Part shown: piece after piece, positions 10,268 to 19,990 of the stretch
How positions within the stretch are numbered: the stretch's first letter is position 1
Layout: each line of letters opens with the position of its first letter
DNA from: Gammaproteobacteria bacterium
Lineage (GTDB): Bacteria; Pseudomonadota; Gammaproteobacteria; Tenderiales; Tenderiaceae
Reading direction: 5' to 3'
Assembly: GCA_021731365.1 (NCBI GenBank)
Contig: JAKFXL010000036.1
Coordinates: 2,503 to 66,502 of the forward strand
DNA length: 64,000 nucleotides
Notes under the pieces: model-generated
The model's input: only the letters and a program-made list of their open reading frames with translations
What the model was told of the DNA's origin: nothing
The model's database searches: none
Translations under genes and position numbers: made by a program

Positions 10268-11025
10268 ACTGGCTCGGCATGTACACCCTGTTTTACAAAG
10301 AGCTGTTACGTTTCAGTAAGGTGATGTTGCAGACGGTTATGGCCCCCGTTGTCACGGCGTTGCTCTATCTGCTGGTCTTCTCCCATGTGCTGGATGAGCA
10401 CATCAACGTCTACGACAATGTGACCTACACTGCTTTTTTGATACCGGGTTTGATCATGATGTCGATCCTGCAAAACGCATTTTCCAACAGCTCCTCAAGC
10501 CTGATACAGTCAAAAATGACCGGCAACATCATCTTTGTGCTGCTCACACCACTCTCCTATCTGGAGTTTTACCTGGCATTTATGCTGGCCTCCATCATCC
10601 GCGGCCTAGCGGTGGGGTTGGGTATCTATTTAGTAGCGATCTTCTTCATTGATTTACCGCTGTATAGTTTTGGCTGGATGCTGCTGTTTGGTCTGGCGGG
10701 TAGCGCTGTGCTGGGCAGCGCCGGCATTATCACCGGCGTCTGGGCGGAAAAATATGATCATATTGCCGGCATTCAAAACTTCATTGTTGTTCCACTTTCG
10801 TTTCTGAGTGGTGTCTTCTATTCTATTCATTCACTGCCTGAGTTTTGGCAGCAGCTGTCACGCTTCAACCCTTTTTTCTATATGATCGATGGCTTTCGAT
10901 ACGGATTTTTTGGGGTGGCTGATGTCAACCCGGTGATTAGTCTCTTGATAGTGTTGGCCGCATGGTTGGCATTGGCGTGTGCAACCTTGATAATGTTGAA
11001 GTCAGGTTATAAATTACGCGACTAG
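10264..11025 (+). CDS. ABC-2 family transporter permease
   Basis: 253-aa polytopic protein, translationally coupled to the upstream ATPase. Confidence 0.8.
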   Translation: MNWLGMYTLFYKELLRFSKVMLQTVMAPVVTALLYLLVFSHVLDEHINVYDNVTYTAFLIPGLIMMSILQNAFSNSSSSLIQSKMTGNIIFVLLTPLSYLEFYLAFMLASIIRGLAVGLGIYLVAIFFIDLPLYSFGWMLLFGLAGSAVLGSAGIITGVWAEKYDHIAGIQNFIVVPLSFLSGVFYSIHSLPEFWQQLSRFNPFFYMIDGFRYGFFGVADVNPVISLLIVLAAWLALACATLIMLKSGYKLRD

Positions 11026-11096
11026 CGTTTGATGGTGATCTGAGTGATCTGCGACCAATTAAATGGTGGTAACCGTTCCAGGGAAAGGTAGACAAC

Positions 11097-11519
11097 ATGC
11101 GTAAATTTATCCGTCACCCATCTGATATCCCCATCGAGTTCTTGATAAAAGAGCTATCGCTCAAAGATCGCGAATATTTAAATGACATCAGTTTTGGCGG
11201 GCTCTCATTCCGTTCACGAGCCGCTGTTGAGGTAAGCGCCGTTATCCAGATAACCATCCCGTTTTTGAAGCCTGAATTTCAATGCCAGGCGATAGTGAAA
11301 TGGTGTCACCGACGGGGCGATGGCTTTGATGTGGGTGTGGCCTTTGATGATCAGGAAGAGGCCTTCAAAACCCGCATGGTAGAGCAGATCTGCCATATAG
11401 AACATTACAAACGTGAAATGCTTGAACAAGAGGGGAGAGCGCTCAGTGGTGAAGAGGCAGCGGCTGAGTGGATCAAACGTTACGCCGCCAGCTTTCCAGC
11501 GGTGGAAGTCTCCCATTAA
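11097..11519 (+). CDS. PilZ domain protein
   Basis: 140 aa, N-terminal 'RHPSDIPIEF' as in PilZ domains. Confidence 0.6.
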   Translation: MRKFIRHPSDIPIEFLIKELSLKDREYLNDISFGGLSFRSRAAVEVSAVIQITIPFLKPEFQCQAIVKWCHRRGDGFDVGVAFDDQEEAFKTRMVEQICHIEHYKREMLEQEGRALSGEEAAAEWIKRYAASFPAVEVSH

Positions 11520-11529
11520 GAACGGTTAA

Positions 11530-11874
11530 CTATGGTATCTCCTCTGCAGGTGCCGCTAACGTAGCCTTGATGCCAATCTCCAAAGGTTCAAGCCTTGCCT
11601 CACACTGCAATGCCGCGTGATATTGACCATTGTGATAGATAAACAGTGCCGGTAGATGAAAAACATTAAACTCTTCGGTCAACGCCTGATCCATGCCCGC
11701 ATCCACTTTAAAAATATGAACCTCCGGGTGTAGTTTGCAGTAGTGCTCGAGCAGCTGTTGCCAATGGCGGCAAGAGAGACATTCGCGGCTGGAGAAAAAA
11801 ACAATCGCGGTGCCAGAGCTCTTTTCCAGGGTTTGATGGAACTCAAACTGCTCAATAGCGCGTATAGCAGACAT
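11530..11874 (-). CDS. thioredoxin-fold protein (CxxC)
   Basis: 114 aa with a 'CLSC' motif in a Trx-like context. Confidence 0.5.
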   Translation of the reverse strand: MSAIRAIEQFEFHQTLEKSSGTAIVFFSSRECLSCRHWQQLLEHYCKLHPEVHIFKVDAGMDQALTEEFNVFHLPALFIYHNGQYHAALQCEARLEPLEIGIKATLAAPAEEIP

Positions 11875-12025
11875 GGGGCCGACTCCTTTAAATACACTCA
11901 GAATGGTTAAACTAGTTCATCTTACAAACATAAATCAACCACTATAAAACGTCTGATGTTTGCATGAGTCCTGTTATTGGGCATGAGACCCAAAGAGGAT
12001 TCCGTTTGATTTGAAAGACGGGTGA

Positions 12026-12062
12026 ATAAAAAAGCCCTGCCGTGATTAATCAGGGCAGGGCC
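12026..12062 (-). terminator. rho-independent terminator of acnB
   Basis: GCCCTGCC-loop-GGCAGGGC followed by a T-run on the minus strand. Confidence 0.7.
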
Positions 12063-12081
12063 TGGATGGTACACCTAGTGA

Positions 12082-14652
12082 TCAGGCGGCGGCGATGGGG
12101 ATCAGGACCACCTTATCAGCTACGGACTGATACTCCGCAATCTCGTTGAAGTTGAGATAGCGGTAGACATCCTCGGTCATGGTATCCAACGTTTTCACCG
12201 CCGCAAGGTACTCCGCCACTGTGGGCATTTTGCCCAGCTGGGCGCAGACCGCCGCCAGCTCTGCCGAGCCAAGGTAGACGTTGGCATCTTTGCCCAACCG
12301 GTTCGGGAAGTTGCGGGTGGAGGTGGACATGACGGTTGAACCGTCGGCCACACGGGCCTGATTACCCATGCAGAGCGAGCAGCCGGGCATCTCGGTACGT
12401 GCACCTACCCTGCCGTAGATGGAGTAGTACCCCTCTTCGGTGAGCTGGTGCGCATCCATCTTGGTGGGCGGGGCGATCCAGAGGCGGGTGGGGACTGTGC
12501 CGCCATACGCTTCCAGTACTTTTCCCGCGGCGCGGTAGTGGCCGATGTTGGTCATGCAGCTGCCGATAAAGACCTCGTCGATCTTGGCGCCGGCCACTGC
12601 CGAGAGCAGTCTGACGTCGTCAGGATCGTTGGGGCAGGCGACGATCGGTTCTTTGATATCAGCTAGATCGATCTCGATGATGGCGGCGTATTCGGCATCT
12701 TTATCTGCTTCCAGCAGTTCTGGATTGGCGAGCCACGCCTCCATCGCCTCGATGCGGCGGCTGAGGGTGCGTTTGTCTTCGTAGCCGTTGCCGATCATCC
12801 ACTTCAACAGGGTGATGTTGGAGGTGAGGAACTCGATGATCGGCTCCTTGGCCAGCTTGACGGTGCAGCCGTTGGCAGAGCGTTCGGCTGAGGCATCCGA
12901 CAGCTCAAACGCCTGTTCGACCTTGAGCTGTTCCAGCCCTTCGATCTCCAGCACACGGCCGGAGAAGATGTTCTTTTTACCCTTCTTCTCGACGGTCATC
13001 AGCCCTTGCTGAATCGCGGCGTAGGGGATGGCGTTGACCAGATCACGCAGGGTGACGCCGGGCTGCATCTTGCCCTTAAAGCGGACCAGCACCGATTCGG
13101 GCATGTCGAGTGGCATTACACCCAGCGCAGCGGCAAAGGCAACGAGGCCAGAACCGGCCGGAAAGCTGATGCCAATCGGGAAACGGGTATGGGAATCACC
13201 ACCGGTACCAACGGTATCGGGCAACACCATGCGGTTGAGCCATGAGTGAATGACGCCGTCGCCGGGACGCAGGCTGACGCCGCCACGGGTCTGGATGAAG
13301 GAGGGCAGGTCGTGTTGCAGCGTCACATCCACCGGCTTGGGGTAGGCGGCGGTGTGACAGAAGGACTGCATCACCAGATCAGCGGAGAAGCCAAGACAGG
13401 CCAGCTCTTTGAGTTCGTCGCGGGTCATGGCGCCGGTGGTGTCCTGTGAACCCACCGTGGTCATGCGTGGTTCGCAGTAGCTGCCGGGGCGCACACCGGC
13501 CACGCCGCACGCCTTACCCACCATCTTCTGTGCCAGGGTGTAACCTTTTTTGCTCGCAACAGCTGCCTCAGGGCGGCGGAACAGGGTGGAGGGTTCCAGC
13601 CCCACCACATCGCGGGTACGGTCGGTGAGTGAACGACCGATGATCAGCGGGATGCGGCCACCGGCGCGGATCTCGTCCGGCATGGTGGTGGGCTTAAGAT
13701 CGAAGGTAGAGAGCACGTCGCCAGCCTCATTGGTGATCTTGCCATCATAAGGGTGGATGGTGATGACATCGCCCATATTGAGTTTGGATACGTCGCATTC
13801 AATTGGCAGCGCGCCGGAATCTTCTGCAGTATTAAAAAAGATCGGTGCGATCTTGTTGCCGAGGATCACGCCGCCCTGGTGTTTGTTAGGCACAAACGGG
13901 ATGGTGTGACCCATGTGCCAGAGTACGGAGTTGATGGCGGATTTGCGTGAGGAGCCAGTGCCTACCACGTCGCCCACATAGGCCAGTGGGTGGCCTTTGC
14001 CCTTCAGTTCAGTAATCTTCTCCATCGCATCGGGCATTTTGGCAATCAACATCGCCTTGGCGTGCAGTGGAATGTCCGGGCGGCTCCACGCCTCAGAGGC
14101 GGGGGAGAGGTCATCGGTATTGGTCTCACCGGGGACTTTAAAGACGGTGACCTTGATCTCCCTGGCCATCTCGGGGCGGTCGGTGAACCAGGTGGCGTTG
14201 GCCCAGGCATCCACCACTGATTGGGCGTAGCTGTTGCCGGTGTTGGCCTTGGCGATGACGTCATGATAGGCATCAAACATCAGCAGGGTTTTTGAGAGTG
14301 CCTTGGCGGCAATAGGTGCCAACGTGCTGTTGTCGAGCAGCTCAATCAGTGGGTGGATATTGTATCCGCCCAGCATAGTGCCGAGCAGCTCTGTGGCGCG
14401 GCTGGCGCTGAGAAGTGGTGAGGTGACCTCGCCATTGGCCAGTGCGGTCAGAAAGCCCGCTTTGACGTAAGCGGCCTGATCGACCCCGGCAGGTACCCGC
14501 TCAACGAGTAGATTGAGCAGGAAATCACCTTCACCCGCAGGTGGGGTTTTAATCAGCTCCACCAGGGCAACGGTCTGTTCAGGATTGAGTGGCAACGCTG
14601 GCAGCCCTTGGGCGGCGCGTTCGGCAACGTGTTTGCGATAGGCTTCTAACAC
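12082..14652 (-). CDS. acnB: aconitate hydratase B / 2-methylisocitrate dehydratase
   Basis: 856 aa with a clear AcnB N-terminus and aconitase Fe-S motifs. Confidence 0.95.
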   Translation of the reverse strand: MLEAYRKHVAERAAQGLPALPLNPEQTVALVELIKTPPAGEGDFLLNLLVERVPAGVDQAAYVKAGFLTALANGEVTSPLLSASRATELLGTMLGGYNIHPLIELLDNSTLAPIAAKALSKTLLMFDAYHDVIAKANTGNSYAQSVVDAWANATWFTDRPEMAREIKVTVFKVPGETNTDDLSPASEAWSRPDIPLHAKAMLIAKMPDAMEKITELKGKGHPLAYVGDVVGTGSSRKSAINSVLWHMGHTIPFVPNKHQGGVILGNKIAPIFFNTAEDSGALPIECDVSKLNMGDVITIHPYDGKITNEAGDVLSTFDLKPTTMPDEIRAGGRIPLIIGRSLTDRTRDVVGLEPSTLFRRPEAAVASKKGYTLAQKMVGKACGVAGVRPGSYCEPRMTTVGSQDTTGAMTRDELKELACLGFSADLVMQSFCHTAAYPKPVDVTLQHDLPSFIQTRGGVSLRPGDGVIHSWLNRMVLPDTVGTGGDSHTRFPIGISFPAGSGLVAFAAALGVMPLDMPESVLVRFKGKMQPGVTLRDLVNAIPYAAIQQGLMTVEKKGKKNIFSGRVLEIEGLEQLKVEQAFELSDASAERSANGCTVKLAKEPIIEFLTSNITLLKWMIGNGYEDKRTLSRRIEAMEAWLANPELLEADKDAEYAAIIEIDLADIKEPIVACPNDPDDVRLLSAVAGAKIDEVFIGSCMTNIGHYRAAGKVLEAYGGTVPTRLWIAPPTKMDAHQLTEEGYYSIYGRVGARTEMPGCSLCMGNQARVADGSTVMSTSTRNFPNRLGKDANVYLGSAELAAVCAQLGKMPTVAEYLAAVKTLDTMTEDVYRYLNFNEIAEYQSVADKVVLIPIAAA

Positions 14653-14811
14653 TTAAACACCTCTTTTGGTTGAGTTTTTAATGCGGGAATGGGATGATTT
14701 TACCCTATTTGTCGCCATAAAAGGGTAACTTCAGCCGGAATGGGCAGTCTTGGCCGCAGCGACGGGCCAGATTATTGTGGCGCTAGAGCAAGATGGTTTA
14801 AGGAGGGAAGC

Positions 14812-15417
14812 ATGGGTATGACGATCAAGGGGCCGGACGGCAAACCACGCTGCCAGTGGTGCAGCGCTACTCCGGAGTATCTGGTCTATCACGATCATGA
14901 ATGGGGCTATCCGGTGGATGATGACCGGCGTCTCTTCGAGAAGCTAAGCCTGGAGGGATTTCAGTCCGGGCTGAGCTGGCGTACCATCCTTGCCAAGCGC
15001 GACAACTTCCGCGCCGCCTTTCATGACTTTGACTTCAATAAGGTTGCCCGCTTTGGTGGGCGCGATGTTGAGCGCCTGCTCAAGGACGAAGGGATCGTCC
15101 GTCATCGTGGCAAGATCGAGGCGGTGATCAACAATGCGCGCCGGGCGCAGGAGCTGATCGAGGCAGAGGGCTCGCTGGCGGCCTTTGTCTGGCGTTACGA
15201 ACTCATGCCATCGGAGCTGGCGGAGCCGCAGACGGCCTCCACTTCGGCAGCATCGATTGCGCTATCAAAAGAGCTGAAGAAGCGCGGCTGGAAGTTTGTT
15301 GGCCCTACCACCGCGTATGCTTTCATGCAGGCGATGGGGTTGGTTAATGATCATGTTCACGAGTGTGTGATCAGGGGCAAGGTTGAGGTGGCGCGCAAGA
15401 AGTTCAAGCGGCCGTAA
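14812..15417 (+). CDS. tag: DNA-3-methyladenine glycosylase I
   Basis: internal ATG (MGMTIKG...), 'HDHEWGYPV...FQSGLSWRTIL'. Confidence 0.85.
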   Translation: MGMTIKGPDGKPRCQWCSATPEYLVYHDHEWGYPVDDDRRLFEKLSLEGFQSGLSWRTILAKRDNFRAAFHDFDFNKVARFGGRDVERLLKDEGIVRHRGKIEAVINNARRAQELIEAEGSLAAFVWRYELMPSELAEPQTASTSAASIALSKELKKRGWKFVGPTTAYAFMQAMGLVNDHVHECVIRGKVEVARKKFKRP

Positions 15418-15458
15418 CGGGACCTATTTTGATAGTGTGAGTTAAACAAGCGTCGCCA

Positions 15459-15485
15459 GTGCAGGGATGCCCTGATTTTTCGGTT
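15459..15485 (+). terminator. short hairpin plus T-run after tag
   Basis: CAGGG-ATG-CCCTG followed by ATTTTTCGG. Confidence 0.35.
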
Positions 15486-15498
15486 CGGAGCGCCTGCG

Positions 15499-17859
15499 TT
15501 GAGCAAGATATCGTTTGTCACTGTAGTCATTGTCCTGATGGGCCAGGCACTGGCCGCGACTCAACCCGTTGATACTGTACCCCCTCTGCCTGGTGGGCCG
15601 TGGGCGCGGTCGTCCGATCTGGAGTCGGTCGCCGTGGACAAGCGGGGTGAGGTCACCTGGATCAGCAATGGTTACGACTCGCAGGTTAGCGTTACCCCAT
15701 CTGGAGCACGGTGCTATCGTATTTCCGTGATCAAGCGTTCATGGCACCCAGCAACAGGTGTGGCTTCAACGGCCGCGTTGCCACTGCAGGGCTTGGTGAC
15801 GGCTCAGGTTGTGACGCCATCGGGAATCATGTTTCTTCTTGCCCCGGAGTGCGCCGGTGATCCCGGTCGCGCTGCTCTGTTGCGTGCAGATAACAGCCTC
15901 ACTGTGACGAGTGTGTCCCGGGCCATTTTCCGTGCCCGCATGGTGCTGCTCTCCGATGGCGCGGTGGCGGTGGTATCGGTGTTCGGGGCCGATGACAGTG
16001 ATGAGCAACGCAAGCGGGACCCGGGCAAACGTCACTTCAGGGCGTTTATCATCCACCCGGCGGCAGGCGGGATGGGGATCGAACAGATGCCGGATCTGAC
16101 ACTGCCCTCTCGCGACGATTTTGCGCTGGCGGCCATGCCGGGAGGGCGTCTGATGGTTCTGGGCGGGTCCGATGATAGGTTTCGCGGCTGCAACGCCTGT
16201 CGGCGCGATACCCATATCCTCGATCCCAGGGCCAAGCGTTGGAGTCCAGGCCCTGCGCTGCAGGAGCCCCGTTCGGAACACGCTGCGTTGGCGCTTCCTG
16301 ACGGCAGCATACTGGTGACGGGCGGTTGGACGCCAAGCGCCGGTTGGGGCAAGGGCCCTTCCCGCAGCGCCGAGCGCTGGAATCCACAGACCAATCGTTT
16401 TGAGGCCATCACACCAATGCCGACGGGCACGGCACGCCATCGTTTTGTCTGGATGCCGGGACGGACAGGGACTCTGCTGGCGGGGGGAGGCACCAACTCT
16501 GAGGTGCAGGCCTATGACATTGAAACCGGGAGTTGGCATCTCGCGGCGGCTGCCGCACAGGGCAGCGAGGAGGGTGGTTGCGTCTTCGTACCGTTCCTTG
16601 TCGGCGGCGAGGCGTATGCCTGGGCGGCAAACCGGTCGGAAGGTTTTTATTCCAGCAAGGACTGCATCGAACAGAAGTACTGGCAAGCGTTGCCATTGCG
16701 GCTGGCGGCGAGCGGTACTCTGCCTGCCATGCCCGCACACTTCGGTGCGGATGGCTCCTTTGTGGCCTACCAAAGTCACGCGGCGTTTGTTCCCGCATCG
16801 GCCAATGAGCCGGCGCTGCTTATCGGCGGCACCACCCATGCCGGGATGAATTCCTATCTCGTCACCGCTGGGGCAACGGCGATTGGGGTAGACAGAACGG
16901 TGCGAGCACTGCCATCACTCAACGAACCGCGTAGCGATGCACTTGCCTTCAGGGTTGGGAACGGTGTGCTCGTTGCCCGTGGGCATGGCGAGCAGGATGA
17001 AGGCCAACCTTTGCCGATGGAGTGGCTCGCTGCCAACATGCCAGAAGCACGCTGGATTCGGGTGTCCGATTCAGCTGTTCACCCGTCGAGCGCTCTGGGC
17101 CAGGCGGCGGATGAAAGCTTGGTCGAAGTCGCTCCTGACGGGACGGTGCGTTTGCTCCGGCTGACGTTCGACCCGCCGGACGAACCCGCTATCGCAGCGA
17201 GCGAACTGCCGAATCTCGGTTGGGCGCGGCGCTCCTCCGCCAATGGCGAGGAGGTGCGGGTCCGTGGGCTGGCCGCTGGGGGTGTCGTCGTGGCCGGGGG
17301 CGAAATCCAAACCGACAAGGTCGCACTCCTCACCCCCGACTCGCTGAGCGGTGAGGGTCCAGATCAGTACGTTGGCATCGGTCCTTACTCTCCGTCACGA
17401 CGTCATGACATCTATGATCCAGTTATCAAGGTCTGGCGCGCGTCCGCCCCATCACCCGGCGACGGGGGACGGGTGACGATTATGGATGATGGCCGGGTCG
17501 CCAAGATCAGCCGTTTTCCGGGCGCGGATGGAGCCGATCCCCGTTATGAGCTCGAAATCTCCACGGCTGACGGTACGGCGTGGAGCACGGTTCGCGCTGA
17601 AGAGCTGGCCCCGATGAGAATCTCCGATTCCACCAAGCCGTTCGTGGTGGATGGAGAGCTGTTTCTCTCCGGTGAATTGGTGTCGTTGAGCACGGGTGGC
17701 GGGCCGAGCGGGGTCGTTTGGTTCAACACCGCGACTCGCCGCTGGGAGGTGCTGTGGCGCGCCGCTGCCACCGACAACTGGCGCTACCATGTTGGCCGCG
17801 TCATCGTTCACCCATTGGCGAACGGCAAGGTGGTGGTTGTTCCGGTGGATGGATTCTGA
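15499..17859 (+). CDS. secreted Kelch-repeat (beta-propeller) protein, hypothetical
   Basis: 786 aa, TTG start, signal peptide, repeated 'GGWT/GW' Kelch-like motifs, very high GC. Confidence 0.55.
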   Translation: MSKISFVTVVIVLMGQALAATQPVDTVPPLPGGPWARSSDLESVAVDKRGEVTWISNGYDSQVSVTPSGARCYRISVIKRSWHPATGVASTAALPLQGLVTAQVVTPSGIMFLLAPECAGDPGRAALLRADNSLTVTSVSRAIFRARMVLLSDGAVAVVSVFGADDSDEQRKRDPGKRHFRAFIIHPAAGGMGIEQMPDLTLPSRDDFALAAMPGGRLMVLGGSDDRFRGCNACRRDTHILDPRAKRWSPGPALQEPRSEHAALALPDGSILVTGGWTPSAGWGKGPSRSAERWNPQTNRFEAITPMPTGTARHRFVWMPGRTGTLLAGGGTNSEVQAYDIETGSWHLAAAAAQGSEEGGCVFVPFLVGGEAYAWAANRSEGFYSSKDCIEQKYWQALPLRLAASGTLPAMPAHFGADGSFVAYQSHAAFVPASANEPALLIGGTTHAGMNSYLVTAGATAIGVDRTVRALPSLNEPRSDALAFRVGNGVLVARGHGEQDEGQPLPMEWLAANMPEARWIRVSDSAVHPSSALGQAADESLVEVAPDGTVRLLRLTFDPPDEPAIAASELPNLGWARRSSANGEEVRVRGLAAGGVVVAGGEIQTDKVALLTPDSLSGEGPDQYVGIGPYSPSRRHDIYDPVIKVWRASAPSPGDGGRVTIMDDGRVAKISRFPGADGADPRYELEISTADGTAWSTVRAEELAPMRISDSTKPFVVDGELFLSGELVSLSTGGGPSGVVWFNTATRRWEVLWRAAATDNWRYHVGRVIVHPLANGKVVVVPVDGF

Positions 17860-17885
17860 AACGTGGCAACGAGGGAGGGTGCGGG

Positions 17886-18647
17886 ATGAACAAGGTCTTG
17901 CTGTTGTTGGCGGTTGTGCTGCTTGCAGTGTGGGGTGCACCGTCGGCGGAGGAGGTGCCGCTTTCTAATGATGCCAGCATGGTCATTGGGAACGACGTCT
18001 GGCAGCCGGGAGGACGATATCAGGATGGTGACGACTGGCTGGCGCTGGTTTGCACCCCCGCGCAATGCCACTTCGAGCCGGCCCGTCTTCTGGTCCGGCC
18101 TGAGTCGTGGCAAGGCCACTATGATGATGAGCCGACTGAAGGCCAGCAATTGACGTTCCAGAGGTCGAACGCAGGTGAGGGGGAGGTGGTCGCCTGGCTT
18201 CGCAAGAGTCCGCAACGGCAGTGGTTGCTGCCGGGGCCAGTCGTGACCTATGCATCGAAGGCGGGGGGACTCAAACGGCCTCCTACTGAGGGTACGTATG
18301 AAATATCCGTCCCCCTGACCGAAGGTGGCGAAGCCCGGTTTGTACCTCTTTACGACCGTGAAGGCGGGATATTCCAGTTGCAGTTGCGTGCCCTCGGTCA
18401 GCGGCAGATGCTGGGCGAGCTGCGTCCCTGTTCGCACGAGCTATCGACAGATTATTTGCTTTGGGCAGGGGAGATGGATCGTGACGGCAAGCCCGATTAC
18501 CTGGTGAGCTATGTTGATGAGGATGGCCCAGTGATCCTGTATCTCTCAGGCGCTGCCGCACCGGAGCAGCTGGCCGGGGTCTCAGTGGCCTATGATGCGC
18601 CCCCTTTCGGTGGCGAGTGTGATGGGATGGGGTGGTTGGAAGGCTAG
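17886..18647 (+). CDS. secreted hypothetical protein
   Basis: internal ATG with signal peptide MNKVLLLLAVVLLAVWGAPSA; high GC; co-directional with the Kelch gene. Confidence 0.5.
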   Translation: MNKVLLLLAVVLLAVWGAPSAEEVPLSNDASMVIGNDVWQPGGRYQDGDDWLALVCTPAQCHFEPARLLVRPESWQGHYDDEPTEGQQLTFQRSNAGEGEVVAWLRKSPQRQWLLPGPVVTYASKAGGLKRPPTEGTYEISVPLTEGGEARFVPLYDREGGIFQLQLRALGQRQMLGELRPCSHELSTDYLLWAGEMDRDGKPDYLVSYVDEDGPVILYLSGAAAPEQLAGVSVAYDAPPFGGECDGMGWLEG

Positions 18648-18650
18648 GAG

Positions 18651-18684
18651 CCTCTGAATAACCCCGTTCGCCCTGAGCCTGTCG
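18651..18684 (+). repeat. 34-bp intergenic element, copy A (CCTCTGAATAACCCCGTTCGCCCTGAGCCTGTCG)
   Basis: matches the reverse complement of 28877-28910 at 32 of 34 positions; lies 4 bp after a stop codon. Confidence 0.6.
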
Positions 18685-18695
18685 TCATTCGCTGC

Positions 18696-19685
18696 TCAAT
18701 CGTCCAGTCTCGCCAATGTGACCGGCGTGACAAAACCGGGTGGTTTGATGGCGAGCACGGAGCAGTCGATCTGGTTCAGGATCGTCTCCGCGGTATTACC
18801 CATGATGAAACCGGGGATGCCGGTGCGGGCCACGGTGCCCATCACCACCAGGTCGGCCTCGAGGCGTTGGGCCAGCGCCGGAATCTCGCGGCGTGCGCTG
18901 CCCTTGATCAGATGTGTCTGGGGTTTGAGATACTCCAGCGCCGCTGGCCCCAGATCGGCGGTCACCTCGTGCAGCAGGCCGTCCAGACTGGTTTTGTGCT
19001 GCCACCGGACCCGTTCGACATAGGCGTTGATCTTCTCTGCGGGGGTATCCATAAACGGGCCGTGCATGGCGCTCTCGCCGATTGCCTCCCAGACGTTGGC
19101 GATGTGCAGCTCGGCAAAGTTGGCGAGCGCCAGGGCGCTGGCGATATCAATAATCTGGCTGTTTAGTTGCCGCTGTCGCTCCAGCTCCGCCTCCGGGGCG
19201 GCGTCGTCGACATCCACCGTCGCCAGGATGCGGCGGTAGGCATGTGGCGCTTTGGGTTTGACTAGCCAGACCGGACAGGGGCACTTGCGTAACAGGTGCA
19301 TGTCGTCGCTGCCAAACAGCTGATCCAGCCAATCCTGGGATTCTGGGATCTTGATCACCAGGTCGCAGTGGCTGCGCAGCACCTCACGGATGATTTCCAG
19401 AAAGGGGGTGCCCTTTAAGATTTTGGTCTGGAGCGTGAGCCGTTGGCGGTAAGGGGCAACCAGCGCCTCCAGTTGTTGTGAGTGGGCATTGATCAGTGCG
19501 GTCTGTAGATCGTTGGCGAGCAGGTCACTCTTGGCCATGCCACTGGTGGCGGCGATACGCTCAATCACCGTGACGACGGTGAGGTTGGCTTGGTTGTTCT
19601 CGGCCAGCGTAACGGCACGCTCCAGGGCCAGTGTATTGGGCTGATCGGACTCCACCACGCAGAGAATGTTTTTGAATTCTTTCAT
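18696..19685 (-). CDS. tandem universal stress protein (UspE-like)
   Basis: 329 aa, two USP domains. Confidence 0.75.
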   Translation of the reverse strand: MKEFKNILCVVESDQPNTLALERAVTLAENNQANLTVVTVIERIAATSGMAKSDLLANDLQTALINAHSQQLEALVAPYRQRLTLQTKILKGTPFLEIIREVLRSHCDLVIKIPESQDWLDQLFGSDDMHLLRKCPCPVWLVKPKAPHAYRRILATVDVDDAAPEAELERQRQLNSQIIDIASALALANFAELHIANVWEAIGESAMHGPFMDTPAEKINAYVERVRWQHKTSLDGLLHEVTADLGPAALEYLKPQTHLIKGSARREIPALAQRLEADLVVMGTVARTGIPGFIMGNTAETILNQIDCSVLAIKPPGFVTPVTLARLDD

Positions 19686-19771
19686 CGCTTCACCTCATTC
19701 ATGAATCATCAGGTTAAAATTTTTAGTGAGGTGTTAAACAGCCACGTCACGTTCACTCTCAGGTTCACTTG

Positions 19772-19990
19772 TCAGCGCCTCATTGCCGAGTGCGCGGCAT
19801 CTGCAAACGGCACCATCACCAGATAGGCACTCGCCTGCTCCAGTCTGACAACCTCATCGGCGCTGTGGGTGATGACCAGAATAAAGGCGACAATCAGTGG
19901 CTGGCGCAGGCGTATCCCAATGGCCCCGACCCCCGCCGCCAACAGCAGCAGTACTGCCATGCCGGTGAAGATGTCGGGAAACAGCCCCAT
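19772..19990 (-). pseudogene. 72-aa fragment resembling the N-terminus of a cation/H+ exchanger; possible gene remnant
   Basis: starts 1 nt after the P-type ATPase stop; 'LLLLAAGVGAIGIRLRQPLIVAFILV' then a non-membrane tail. Confidence 0.25.

Noticed and set aside
12448-14276. many 60-80-aa ORFs on the plus strand inside acnB
   Set aside because: All lie within the 856-aa AcnB frame on the opposite strand.
15766-16839. 357-aa ORF antisense to the Kelch-repeat gene (and several 100-170-aa ORFs in 15800-17950 on both strands)
   Set aside because: Arg/Pro/Gly-rich low-complexity translations typical of stop-codon depletion in very GC-rich DNA. They are fully embedded in a longer ORF that has a signal peptide and repeats.
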